DNA of 64,000 nucleotides from Camelus dromedarius (Eukaryota): positions 34,412,001-34,476,000 of the forward strand of contig NC_087447.1 of the NCBI RefSeq assembly GCF_036321535.1. Reading direction: 5' to 3'. The notes under the pieces are model-generated. The model was given only the letters and a program-made list of their open reading frames with translations, did no database searches and was not told where the DNA came from. The translations under genes and the position numbers were made by a program. Shown piece after piece: positions 25,621 to 37,838 of the stretch. Position 1 is the stretch's first letter; each line of letters opens with the position of its first letter.

Positions 25621-26139
25621 AAAGTGGTAAGCAGCCTGTCATCCCTGTTACAATCCTGCAAATAGCTAATGCAGCCTGCGGGGCTGGAGACCACCTCATG
25701 AACCTTGCTTCTGTTGGGAACACAGGTGCCTGCTTTCTGCAGAAATTCCATCCTGCCCCTCCTCCAACTGCCATCGTCTGCCTTAAATGCCCTCCTAAAA
25801 CTCACTAAAATGGAATATGAAGGTTTAAACTCAAGTTACAGCATACTGAAAGTAAATATTTGCAAAGCTAAACCCTCCTCTCTGCCTCTCATCTAGGTCA
25901 GCAAAAATAAAAAGCTCTTTTCCTAGAAATTCATGGCATTGCCTTGCTGGTCTAGTCATAATGCTGTTACCTAGAAAATTCCACAGAGACAAGGGGAACA
26001 AAAAGTGATGGAGAATCTGTGAGGGGCTCTCCATAAATTTTATCATTTAGGCACCAGAACAAGCCTGCAATGTAATGTCATTACACCTCTTTCACAGATG
26101 AGGAGACTGAGGCTCAGAGGTTTAGTAACTGTCTTCATT

Positions 26140-26300
26140 TCAATATTACACTCTTATAACATATAATGGAAAATAATCTGAAAATATATATGCATGTATG
26201 TGTATGTATAACTGAATCACTTTGCTGTACACCTCAAACTAACATCGTAAATCAACTACACATCGTAAATCAACTACAAAAAAATAAAATTTTAAAAAAT
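26140..26300 (+). mobile_element. 5'-truncated artiodactyl-type L1 3' end within a MIR
   Basis: tataatggaaaataatctgaaaa...tataactgaatcactttgctgtacacct...aaatcaactac, A-rich tail. Confidence 0.85.
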
Positions 26301-26923
26301 TACTATTATATGATTAGCATATGAGAGTCACAAGTCAGTCTTAGATCTGCCTGACACCAAAGCTCCATGCTCTTTCTCTATGCCTATACCAACCCAGCTT
26401 CAACTCAGTACAAAAATCTATTCTTCTGAGGACTAAAAAGCACGAAGAACAGGAAATAAGAAAAATGAGGAACCTGTCTTGGCAGGGCTGGGGCTGGCGG
26501 AGAGCCGGCTCAGCACACAGGCCAGAGGAGCCATCCGGAGCCCAGCGCTGCCCAAGCAGGAACACCCTGCACCTTGGATCCAGACGTGGCGTTGGGACAG
26601 CTCTGTTCCCTCCGTCATCCAGGGCACTGAAGGAGCCCTGGAGTCCAGCTCGCTGCCTGGGTGCTGCCCAGGGACTCTCTGCTGCCCGCCTGCCTGTCTT
26701 TCCAGACTAAACACTCCCTCTCCCGACTCTCCCTGCCCCGCCAGGCCAGAGCCCAGGGAAAGTCTCAACAACAGAAGTGAAGGATCGTTTACACATGTCT
26801 CTGGACACCCTTGGGAGAGAGGCAGTCATGGACCCAGGCTCATGAACACACACACACACAGGGAAGAATGAGACTTTGGACACTGCTTAGGGGAGGCAGA
26901 CCAGCCCAGAGATCCACAAATAC

Positions 26924-26925
26924 CA

Positions 26926-26959
<34 letters not shown>
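26924..26959. repeat. (CA)n microsatellite
   Basis: Direct read. Confidence 0.95.
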
Positions 26960-27704
26960 GAGCCAAAGGCAGCACTGGTTATCTCTGCATACTGATAAAG
27001 AGAGGTGAGCTCACACTCAAATACACACACAGCAGTATCCAGACACCACGTGCCCTGAGCTTCTGGACACTGGCAGGGACACAGAAGCCTAAATGTGGCC
27101 ACATCCACAGGGTGCAGTGCTGTCTTTTGGAAAATAAGGGGGGAAAAAAACCCTGCCAATGTTTCCACTGTGTGCTGCTTGCAAAAATTTTGTAGCCTGG
27201 AGAGACGTCCCTGAGCCATGGAGCTGTGGGTGGGCCATCAGATAAAGTGGGGACCATGAGAGCAAACAGTTTGGAGAACATGGTGGCGGTGGTAGTGGCG
27301 GAGAGGCCAGCGCTCTGTTGACAGAGTTGGGGTGGGGGCTGAGCAGAGGGCAACATTCCCCAATGGCTGACATAGAGGCAGCTGGAGCCTCCAGCTGATG
27401 GGCCTCTGGCTTCAGTTTCCTGAAAGGAAAACAAAAACCAAGTCTCCTCTGAAGGTTGTTTTGCTAAGATTCAATGAAATGATATTTGAAGCACAGTGTT
27501 TGGCACATTCCAGGCACTCAGTGTAGGAAAGCTGTTGTTATTAAGCTCGCAGGTAATAAAGACATAAATCACTCCATTGCCACCTTTGCGGCTGTGCCTT
27601 TTAGAGCTAATTCATTATAGCACTGTTTGTCTCAGAAAATTTGGGTATAATATAGTATATATGTATGAAATACATTTGTGATAACAGTAAGGTCAAAATC
27701 AACA

Positions 27705-27900
27705 ATTGTCATTTATTGGATATTCATGCAGGACCAGGCATTGTCCTAAGCCCTTTCCACATATATTATCTTCTTTGACTTTCACAACAACCAAATGAGG
27801 AAATATTATTGTACCCACTTTACAGATGAGGAAATAGAGGCACAGAGGACTTAAGTAAGTTTACCCAAGTGGAGTCTGAATATGAATGCAAATCCATTTA
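27705..27900 (-). mobile_element. MIR SINE
   Basis: cccactttacagatgaggaaatagaggcacagag. Confidence 0.85.
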
Positions 27901-27915
27901 AGTGCGGAAAAACTC

Positions 27916-27922
27916 GAGAGAG

Positions 27923-27958
<36 letters not shown>
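27916..27958. repeat. (GA)n(GT)n microsatellite
   Basis: Direct read. Confidence 0.95.
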
Positions 27959-27960
<2 letters not shown>

Positions 27961-28489
27961 TTATATTTACTGTCAAGCGGACTCAGCCAAAACAGTCAAG
28001 CGGGCATTTGCAACCCCAGTGCCTCAGGCAACAAACTGCCCATCTGAGCTTTCCCCAGTTGAGGGCACACAGCCGCCTTGTGCCTCTGTCACAGTCTCTC
28101 CTCTGGGCAGTACTTTGAGGATGAAGGAAATGGACAGGAGCCGACCGAAAAGTCTCCAAGGAGAGGACCATGTTGGATGTTAAAAATGAAAATTTTATGG
28201 ATAGAGAGGTCTTTAAGGAAAAGTTTCAGAAAACAGAAGGCACACAGGGATTGGAGGAAGTCCTGATCATAATCCTCGCTATGGCCTGGAGGGCTTGTCC
28301 ATCCGTTGTATAGAAGATACTGGGGGAGATTCCAGACGGAGGCTCTGAGAACAGGAAAACCACAGCTAGAGAGCAGACACCCCACTCAGTGTGACCTCTG
28401 CTACCTGGCCATGGAGCTGGGTACCGGTGGCCCTCTGCATCCAGACACACACCTACCATGCCGGCAGCATGTGTGTTTAAAAGAGAGTA

Positions 28490-28712
28490 GGGTGCGGAGA
28501 GTAAACCCTGATGTGAATTATAGACTTCCCGTAATCACACTGTGTCAGTGCAAGTTCATTGATTGTAACCAATGTAGCACTCGGTGCAGGATGATGATAG
28601 CAGGGAAGGCTGTGGGATCGGGGGCAGGGGACACAGGCTACATGGGAACTCTCTGTACTTTGCCTTTATTTTGCTATGAACATAAAAGCACTCTAAAAAA
28701 TAAAGTATATTA
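28490..28712 (+). mobile_element. L1MC-type 3' end
   Basis: gtaaaccctgatgtgaattatagactt; atgggaactctctgtacttt...ctctaaaaaataaagtatatt. Confidence 0.8.
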
Positions 28713-29249
28713 ATCAGAGAGAAAGAGAGAGGGGTTGAGAGAGAGGTGTGTGGAGCCAGAAGTAAGTCACAGCCACTCCAGATCTGAGAGTTTCATCTGT
28801 GTTCTGAGCAGCCAAGGGATTTCTGGAAGGTGCCTTATGGACCACTAGGGGCTGAGGCTGGAGCAGAGAGGACCAGAGTCAGCAGGACCAGCAGGGTCCA
28901 GTCCCTCACTACATCCCCCATCCATCCTGCTAGAGCCTCCCTGCTTTTATTGCTTTATCAATTGAGGTTCAGGATAAACGTCAGTTGAAGAGGGTTGTGC
29001 CGCTGGTCTGTTTGAGGGGCTCAAACATAGGTGACACCACAACCCTCTCTCTTCTCTGTACAATCCTGCAGTTTGCAAAGTCCTTTTACAAAAAGGCTCC
29101 TGAAGGCAGGCAGCTCACCCTGGTTCCAGGTGGAACATGTAGAAAGTGCTCAGTGATCATTTATCACATGAATGAATGACTCACTGGAGGTTCACAGCAA
29201 ACCTACGAGGTGGGCAAGGCATTTTCGGTTTTACCCACCTTACCCATCC

Positions 29250-29460
29250 TTACATTACTTTTATTGCATTGCTTACAATGGGCCAGGCACTGTGTTAATA
29301 GCCACAAATGAATGAACTGAGTTAATGCTCATTACAAGCCTTTGAGGCAAGCGAAACTATTATTGCTGAAACTGGGGCAGAGGGAGATTTACTAACTTGC
29401 TGAAGGTCACACAGCTAGCAAACAGCGGAGATTCCAACTCTGGCAGTCTGGCCCTTATTC
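29250..29460 (-). mobile_element. MIR SINE
   Basis: gggccaggcactgtgtta; taacttgctgaaggtcacacagctagc. Confidence 0.75.
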
Positions 29461-29983
29461 GCCATGTAAAGTTGTTTCAGACTCGGAGAAACCTGGGCCG
29501 GGAGAGTTACAGCAACCCCTCCGAGTCCTAGGGAGGTTTAGTGGTGGGAGCCAGGCTCAGATCCCAAGAATAGCTCAGATGCCCTCCTGCTTCCTCAACA
29601 CTTTGTTACTGAGCAGGTATCTGGGCAGGGCAGGGGTTCCCCATCACCTAGCAAACAATAGGATGCTCCCAGCCTGGAGGCTGAGGGCAGTACTTCCTGG
29701 CAGATCCACGAAGGCCTGTCTGATGTAGCAGTGGGGCGGGAAAGGAAACAGGAAGGCATATTCCAAACAATAATAAAAAAACAAGATTAACACAGTATCT
29801 TTTCCTAAAGCCTCCCATTCCATCCATATCCTCAGCTCAGATACTGGGTGGATCCCAGCCAGTTGTGGAACTTTGCGAGTGGGTCTCTCCGATTCAGGAA
29901 GGGGCTGGCCTGATCCCAGAGGGAGACGAGATGGTACCCAATGTCCAGGCATGTACGCAGGTAGACCCAGGCTCTTACCACTG

Positions 29984-30050
29984 CATCCACCCATCCATCC
30001 AACATCTATCCATCATCCATCAACCAGTCATCATCCATCCATCTAGCCAT
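29984..30050. repeat. Degenerate (CATC)n tract
   Basis: Direct read. Confidence 0.8.
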
Positions 30051-30329
30051 CTGCTGGAACTAGAAAGAGTAAGTGCCCACATTCTGTTCTTCTTAAGTTG
30101 ATTGACCTCTTGGCTTTGATTCCTCCCTAATACTGAAGGAGACTCTGTGAGAACTGGATGTGGCCAGGCTGTGACAATCCTCACCAAGCAATAAGTCATT
30201 TCACCCATGAGCCACTGTTTATGTTATGCACATATTATAAAGCAATAAGAGATCTCAGAAATTTGAAGGGATTTCATTTTATATAAAGCTCAGCGTGACA
30301 ATGGCAGTCCACATCCATGTGGCATGTGT

Positions 30330-30480
30330 GAGCCCATTGACCTCACTACCATGGATATAATCTGATTTTCCCTCTTATTTTCCACTTTACTCTGACTTCC
30401 TTGATTACATATAGGTTATTATCTTGTATTAACTTACACATTTTAAGCTTCCTCAAATCCTTTTTGGAATAAAGTTGAAT
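30330..30480 (+). mobile_element. Possible L4 (RTE-X) LINE 3' end
   Basis: taagcttcctcaaatcctttttggaataa resembles the recalled L4 3' terminus. Confidence 0.4.
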
Positions 30481-31249
30481 CATGAAGGAAAAAAATGATT
30501 GAACCAAACTAATGCAGATGGAATAAAAAGAGAATTTATTTTAGGAACCAAGATGAGCCCCCTGTCCAAACCTTCAAACTGAGAGTCTAACATTCCCTGT
30601 TACCCCCGCCCAGGTCCCTGGGGATGTGACTGCTGTCAAATGTCTTGGCCAAGGAGCAACTCTCAGACCTGATTTGGGGCATCTGAGGGGGAGACCCAGC
30701 TTCAATGTTTTAACTGTAAAGTGGGGATGACATCAGCTTCTGGCCGGCAGGACTGCTGGGAGCATGCGTGCTAAGAGCTCAGTAAGGGTTAGCTGCTATC
30801 GCTGGTGGGTTTAAGTCACCCATGACTTAGAGCAAGTTTAAATCTTAGCACTAGAGCCCAGGTGGACAGCCTGAGCAGTGCCTTCTCCCTTCTTTTCAGG
30901 CTTGAGGGTAGAGCAGGAGTAGAATCTTTGAGAACATAGAGGCTCACACGGCCAAGAATCAATTATCCAACTGATCTTAGACATTGAATGGTACCAACCC
31001 CCACCCCCACCCACTGAAGGCTGGGTGAGGCTTGCAGGAGTCAGGTTCTCTGCTAAGCCCTCGGGGGTGCACAGAAGGGAAGACATGGTCCCTGCTCTCA
31101 AAAAGCTCAATGTCTACTGAAGGAAACCAACCTGCAAACCACCAACTACAGCAGCAGGAGGAATGAGGTATTTGTGGTGCCATCTTGCCTTTAGGCCTCT
31201 GTCCATGCTGTTCTCTCCACTTGTAACACCCTTCCTTGCCTCCACCTTC

Positions 31250-31328
31250 CCTTCAAATATCTCTCCTCCCTCTCCCTCTCTTCTCTCCCCTCTCCCCCCT
31301 CTCCCTCTCCCCCTCTCTCCCTCTCCCA
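31250..31328. repeat. Polypyrimidine (CT-rich) tract
   Basis: Direct read. Confidence 0.85.
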
Positions 31329-31389
31329 ATGTGGCCACTTGGTCCCAACTTGACCAGCTGAAAAGCTGTGCAGTAACCTTCCAAGCCCC

Positions 31390-31404
31390 TGTGTGTGTGT
31401 GTGT

Positions 31405-31436
<32 letters not shown>
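31390..31436. repeat. (GT)n microsatellite
   Basis: Direct read. Confidence 0.95.
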
Positions 31437-31438
<2 letters not shown>

Positions 31439-31783
31439 CTTACTGGGTGGCCCAGTCTGGCAACGCTGTTGGAATGAACACGTGAGTCTTCCTTCCAAAT
31501 GTTAAAATAAAGACTTTTATATAGACTTGTAAAACCAACAGACAAACAAAACACACAAGTATTCCTTGTGTTGTGACACACCTGGTCCGGATGTATTTTG
31601 CATTTTCTTTTTCTCCCTCCCTTCCTTTCCCTTTTGTCAACTTTCACCTTCAACTTTTGCCCCATTTCTTATATTTGGAATTGCTTGCTCTCCTTTTGGT
31701 AGTAACGCAAGTAACTTGAAAATAGGCAAGTGACTTAAAAATTAATTCACCTCACGTGTGACTTTTGCAAAGGCCTATGCTGG

Positions 31784-32246
31784 TGTGGCAGGCAGACTCA
31801 CGGCCCTCTGGAGGTGTCCACAGCCTCATTCCCTGAATTTCTAAGTATGTTCCTTTGTAGGACAAAAGTAATTTTGCAGATGTGATTAAGTTAAGGATCT
31901 TAAAATAGGGAGATTAGCCCAGATTACCCAGGTGGACCCAATGTATTCCACAAGGGCCCTCAAAGACTGCAGAGAGGCAGGAGAGGGAGAGAAGGGAATG
32001 GGGCAACACAAACAGAAGTCAAAGTGACAGGGTCGATGACTGGCTGTGGTCCATGAGTCATGGAATTCGGGAAGCCTCTAGAAACTGGAAAAGACCAGGA
32101 AACAGAGTCTACCCTACAGCTTCTGGAAGCCCTGTGGACACCTCAATTTTAGACTCTGACCTCCAGAAGATAATACATTTGTGTTGTTTGAAGCCACAAC
32201 GTTGTTAGTGGTACTTGGTCACAGTAGCGATCAGTAACTCATAACA
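31784..32246 (+). mobile_element. MLT1D-like MaLR solo LTR
   Basis: tgtggcaggcaga start; tttgcagatgtgattaagttaaggatctt; ...ataaca end; TSD GCTGG/GCTAG. Confidence 0.9.
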
Positions 32247-32324
32247 GCTAGCTTCAGAAGAGAGAAAAAACTCTGTTTCTCACAGGAGAGTTCATATCAC
32301 CCAGTGTTAGTACAACCAGATTTT

Positions 32325-32373
32325 GTGAGAGTGAGTGAGTGAGTGAGAGTGTGTGTGTGTGTGTGTGTGTGTG
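32325..32373. repeat. (GAGT)n(GT)n microsatellite
   Basis: Direct read. Confidence 0.95.
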
Positions 32374-32834
32374 ACTTGCCTATATGGCATATGGATATTT
32401 TTTCTCCCCCAGCTCATGGCTGACACAAGACAGGTTTCCCCAAAATAAATGGATGCTCTCATCTCAATTGGACCTTTGTGTGGAGATGAGTTCACACGCC
32501 TGCTGGACTTGGCCCGCACACCCCTTCCTCTGAAAAGCATCAAGGGCTTCGTTGTGTTCACGCACTAGTAAGCAATGCAAGCAGCGGGCTTGGCTTTGCT
32601 CGCGTCCTCTTTTCACAGTGACATCTGCTGGTCTTCAGCTGGTGTCCCAGACACTGTGCAAGAGAGGCTACAGGGGCGGTGGGCGCGGGAGCGGAGGCAC
32701 CAGGAGAGGTAGTGTCCCTGTGACATTTCACCGTTTAGAAACACACCTACATTTTCACAGTTGAAATACGAGTTCTGCTAGAAGGACCCCACATCTATGA
32801 AAAGTCCTAAAATAGCCCATTTGCACTGCTGGCA

Positions 32835-33060
32835 TATAGTGGAATGTGGTAAAGTAGAAAAGTGCAGAAAGCTGGATTTAGATGCTGGCCCCGACTGTGA
32901 CCAGCTGTGGACCCTGGGTCTGTTACTGTCCTTGTCTTCATCTGTAAAATGGGAGAATGAATGGGGCAGTTCCGGGTACACAATGGGATAATGCACTTAC
33001 GTGCACAGCACAGACCCTGGAGAGAAGCAGCTCTCGATGCACATACGGAAGTGCTGACAC
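32835..33060 (+). mobile_element. MIR SINE
   Basis: gtcttcatctgtaaaatgggagaat. Confidence 0.7.
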
Positions 33061-33608
33061 TTAGCCTCTTGACCCAGCATAAAAATTAAAATGAAGGATC
33101 ATAAAGAAACAAGACCAAGGTTCTGTGGTCAGTTATCTTGTTAGAGGAATCTCTGCTGAAAGGTTTCCAAAGGCATGAAGTATTTTTCTCCTTGGTTCCC
33201 TCTAGGCACGAAGCTTCCCTTCTACACTGTGATTAAGAACCTGTAATCTGAGCTCCCATCTTGCCTCTCGCTCAATGGATCTGTTTTCTTTCTCATCCCT
33301 CAGTCACATTCTCAGCCCAGCCACATCCTTTCATTAGGGACTCTGAGGCTGATAAGGAAAAGAGCTGAGCTGTGAGTGGAGAGTTACCTGCTTACTCCCT
33401 CCTTTGGGGTAAGAAGTGCAGTCCACTGATGGGATAGGAAGCCTGTTGGATTGGGTCAAGCACAGCGAGATAACACTGAAATGCAGAACTGGTCATCTTC
33501 TGCCTGCAACCTCAACCCACAGCTGCCCTCACCCTGCTTAGAAAGGCAGAGCCCCCTCCACTCACCAGGTGGGGCCGCCTTGCCCAAAGCTCAAGATGGC
33601 AAAGTGAG

Positions 33609-33752
33609 GGGGGAGGATATAACTCAGTGGTAGAGCATGTGCTTAGCATGCATAAGGTCCTGGGTTCAAACTCCCATACCTCCATTAACAGAAAAAAAAA
33701 ATTGAAAATTGAAAATTATTAAATAAAAAGGGGCTCACTTAAAAAAAAAAAA
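33609..33752 (+). mobile_element. Full-length tRNA-Ala(AGC)-derived SINE (camelid vic-1-like)
   Basis: ggggaggatataactcagtggtagagcatgtgcttAGCatgcataaggtcctgggttcaaactcccatacctcca; A box ~33620-33630, B box ~33663-33671; A-rich tail; degenerate TSD aagatggcaaagtgag / aaggtggcaacatggg (12/16). Confidence 0.85.
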
Positions 33753-34128
33753 AAGGTGGCAACATGGGCAGAGCCAGTCCCCATGCCTAGCTGAGCAGGA
33801 ATAGGGAAGTTTAAATGAATCATCCTGTCTCTGCTCCAGGCTGAGAGGGCTCTCAGTTCCAAGGGCAGACACAGGGGAGATCTGGGAGAGAAGTCAGGCT
33901 TGGGGGCCAAACCCACTCCTGGGGGGCCTATCTGAGTGGAAGCTGAAGGGCCAATGGGGAAGCTGGGCTCACCTAACATACAATGGGAGTCATTCACTGT
34001 GCCCACACAAAGCAAGAGAAGGCCTTAGCAGCAAAGAGGCAGAACAGTGCACAGCTATGGGCAAATTCTTGCCGCTGCCCTGGCCTGGGACTAGACCATG
34101 GGTGTGAATGGGGTACCACCAGCTCAAG

Positions 34129-34295
34129 CAGTGAACCTCTGACGTCAGTGACTACACTCTGAATCGCTTGGGGGTCTCGTTAAAGTGCACGTTCTGATTC
34201 AGTGGATCTGGAGTAGGGATTCTGCATTTGATTCTGCATTCTTCTCAAGACCTCAGGTAAGGCCAGGCTACTGGCACACCTTTGGGACTGCAGTT
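34129..34295. mobile_element. MER5A-like hAT-Charlie element
   Basis: gttaaagtgcacgttctgattcagtggatctggagtaggg...gattctgcatt. Confidence 0.7.
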
Positions 34296-34699
34296 AGCCC
34301 GAGAAACCACAGAAATAAACGATAATTGAGAAGCAAGAAAAGGGACCTGCCAGAGCTCTTCCTCTCAGCGACTGATGTTCCCAGTGCCATGTCTCTTGGT
34401 AGACATGATTCAATATGCCCTTGCTTCCTCGTGGTCTTTTGGGGCTCCCCTCGTGTGCTCTCCTGGAGAACGAAGAAGGGGTCAGAGCAGGGCTCAGGGA
34501 TTTAGATTTGATGAACATCATATGCCTGATTGGAGCAGCCCCAGGAGCAAAGACACAGCATGGGGACAGAGCAGAGCTTGGCTGAGACAGCTGGAGCACT
34601 GATGGTGGAGGGCAGAGAGAAAGGAAGAAAACAGGCAGGGGAGAGAAAGGAAGAAAACAGGCAGGTGCTAAGGTGGGGTCACAGAGGGGCACTGGACAC

Positions 34700-34870
34700 C
34701 GAGCCCTTGTCAGCTGTGACACCGGGGACAAGGTGACCTCTCTGAGCCTCAGTTTCCTCATCTGGCAGTGAGTTTTACAACATTTAGACTTCAGGATTGG
34801 GGTGAGGATTAAATGAAGCGACCAATGTGCACCCAGTGAATTACCCAGCCCACAACAGTATTCAATAGCC
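34700..34870 (+). mobile_element. MIR SINE
   Basis: acctctctgagcctcagtttcctcatctg; gtgaggattaaatga. Confidence 0.85.
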
Positions 34871-35949
34871 AAGACATTCTGAAATAAAAAGCAAATAAAG
34901 AGGCTTAATTCCTGCAGGATCTTGACAGCCAAACAAAGGATCCTGGCTCGTGCTGCCAAGAAGCCAGTCACAAATTATTCCCATCTCTTTAATCGAGCAA
35001 TTCACCCCCACTGATCTCTGCTGAACTGCCTCTGAGTACTTCAATGGAACTCAAGCAGATAAAATTATAGAATTTAAAACCAGTTCTGAAGGCAGGCCTC
35101 TCATTCACTCCCACTAACCGTTGGCTTCAATGTGAATGGGTGAGATTCCACAGGGCCCCGGATTTCCTGGAATCATCAGTCAGCTCTGTCCCCGAATAGA
35201 CTCCAAGATGAGCCACAGTTCTGCCCAAAGCTGCTTGGGAACAGGGCATCCTGGGAGACAACACAGCCTGGGCCCTGGGCCTTGAACCCCCAGGGCCTTC
35301 CAAATCTGAAATCTAATGATGCTAAGAAAAGAGAGGACTCATTCTGCAAAGTCCTTGCTAGAGGCCTTCGGAAAAAGGTAGCCTCCAGAATGAATCCTTT
35401 ACGGGCAAACAAGGGAGGCAAAGGAGGCAGCCTTGTAGCTGCTCCCAGGGAGGCGAGGCAGGGTGGGCTGTCTGCCCGCCTCCTCCTGGCCCACCCATCC
35501 TCACTCGCAACACTGGACAGGCCTACTCAGCTCCACGGAGCCTAGGCCACTTTTCATTATTTTTCCTTTTTTAAAAATAATATTTAGAAATGGTTTGGGG
35601 CTTGGAAACTTAAACATATTCACTGAGAATTTTTTTTTTCCCCTGCAGAGTATTTTTTGAAGTAGAAGCAAAGCCAGCATTTCACAAACAAAACAAGAGG
35701 AAATGATAAATACACTTAAAATCAGCGTGGAGAAGTCCTTTATCCTCCTGGTGAGAGGATCTTAGATGGGGCTGGCTTAGCCGGTGAAGAGTCTCTCCCC
35801 AAAGCCAAAGATCTAGAAGAGTGTGGGGGCCGAGGAGGGTGGTGCTGGGAGGAGGAGTGTCAGTATCTCCTCTGGGTGTGTTTTTCCTAAATACATATCC
35901 CTTGCCCCGTCCCTCCCCTTCCCCCTCTCAAAAAGCCGGTGGCTGTCCT

Positions 35950-36160
35950 GGGTAGTCTGCACTCAATCCCAGCTCAGCAACTCACTAACTGAGAGACCGT
36001 GGGTAAGTAAATTAACTTCTTGGTACTGTCGTGTCTTCACCTGTAAGAAAGGGGGCGATTATTGTGCGCATCTCAAGGGGCTCCTGCGAGTCCCAGAGGG
36101 GTGAATACCTGCAAGGTATTTAGAACAGCGCTCCGCACAAAGCAAGGTTCAATAACTTAA
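35950..36160 (+). mobile_element. MIR SINE
   Basis: tcaatcccagctcagcaactcactaactg; ttcacctgtaagaaagggg. Confidence 0.7.
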
Positions 36161-36199
36161 CATTTCCCAACCACCAGTAGCATGCGTGTCCCCAATCTC

Positions 36200-37100
36200 T
36201 CGACCCCACCCCAGTCCTTCCAGGGCCCCTCATCTGAGTAAACAACAGCCCCATCCTGCCAGTTGCTCAGGCTTAAATCTTGGAGTCATTTTTGTGACTC
36301 CCCTTTCTCTCTCCTCCACAGGCAATCCATCTGCAAATTATATCAACTCTACATTTAAAATATATTCAGAATCTGGTCACTTTTCACCACCTCACCACCA
36401 ACACCTTCACCCTTACTAGTGTCATCCTTCACCCTTACTCTCACAGTCCCCCTCCTACTCTACTCCCTTCCTGGCCCCCAATCCCTCCTCCCCCTCCTCC
36501 ACACACACCTTCAGAGCAGTCCAATAATGTTTCTCAGCTTAAGACCCTCCAAAATCTCTCCACCTCATGCAGAATAAAAGCCAGGTTTCCACCAGGGCCT
36601 CCAAGGTCCCACATGATCCAGCCACACTTCCTCTCTGACGCTCTCACCTGCTACTTTTCCTTTGGTCATTCTCCTCCAGCCACACTCTTCTCCTTGGTCT
36701 TCCTGGAACCTGCCAAGCATGCTCCTACCTCAGGACGTTTGCACTTTCCATTCCCTCTGCCTCGGACACTGTCCCCTCAGAAACCATATGGCTCCCCCCT
36801 CACTCCCTTCAGGCTCTGCTCCCACGTCACCCTCATCAGAGAGGTTCTTCTTGAACCTCCTGCACCAAAATCTTCCATCACTCACTGTACCCCATTCTCT
36901 GCTTTATTTTTCTTTTCAGTTTTGATTGCTAGTTAATGTGATAAATTTTTGTTTCTTTGCCTTTTTTTTTTCTTTCCTTCCTTTAGTTTTAAGATCTAAT
37001 ACAGCACTGGCAGCTTAGTTCATTTTCTCCATTGCTATCCTCTAAGTCTCTTGAAACATGCCTGGCACATACTAGGTACTTTATCACCATTTATTGAATG
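36200..37100 (+). mobile_element. L2 LINE 3' fragment
   Basis: cagttgctcaggcttaaatcttggagtcatt; gctcctacctcaggacgtttgcact; tgcctggcacatactaggtact...atttattgaatg. Confidence 0.85.
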
Positions 37101-37404
37101 GCAACCTCCCTCCCTCCATTCCTATCTGCCTCTAATAGGGCTCCAGGCTGCAGCCAGGATGATCTGCCTTCACTGCTCAAGAACCACCAGTGGCCCTCTT
37201 GCTATCCCCAGGGTGAAGCTCCTATGACACACAGGCCTTTCGTGGTCTGGTCCCACCTAACCTCAGCACCCCCCTCCCCGTTGCCATCAGCAAACCTTGT
37301 GGCCCTGCAACAGTAATGTCATTATTTTCTGAGCAACTATCCTTAGCTGTTCTTTCATCTTGATCAGCCCCCGACTTTCCCTTTTCCATCTGTCAGACTC
37401 TCAC

Positions 37405-37838
37405 TGTGATGGGTTGAATGGCAGCCCCCAGATGATACGTCCATTCAGAACTTGCGAACGTGACCTTTATTTGGAATGATGGTCTTTACAGAGGTGATGA
37501 AGTTAAGGATCTCAAGATGAGAGCTTCATGGAAGATGGTGGGCCCTGAATCCAATGACAAGTGTCCCCATAAGGGGAGAAGACACCGAGGAGAAGGCCAC
37601 GTGAAGATGAAGGCAGACACTAGAGGGATGCTGTCACAAGCCAAGGGACACCTGGAGCCACCAGAAGCTGGAAGAGGCAAGAAACAGAGGGCTCCCAGAG
37701 CCTTTGGAGGGAGCACTACCCTGCCAACACTTTGATTTGGGGCTTCTGGCCTCCAGAATGGTGAGAGAGTAATTTTTGGTGGTTTTAAGCCATTAAGTTC
37801 ATGGTAATTGGTAATGGCAGCCACAGGAATCTAACACA
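37405..37838 (+). mobile_element. MLT1C-like MaLR solo LTR
   Basis: tgtgatgggttgaatgg start; gagccaccagaagctggaagaggcaag; ggaatctaacaca end; TSD CTCAC/CTCCC. Confidence 0.9.

Noticed and set aside
33610..33684. Functional tRNA-Ala gene
   Set aside because: Mismatched stems, an A-tail with TSD, no T-run terminator and a second truncated copy at 19299 all indicate a SINE.
34294..34971. Longest ORF (225 aa, minus strand)
   Set aside because: Runs through a MIR (QMRKLRLREV is the translated MIR core) and low-complexity sequence, with no domain.
36404..36439. 14-bp direct repeat CCTTCACCCTTACT x2
   Set aside because: Local slippage within an L2 relic; no array or functional context.
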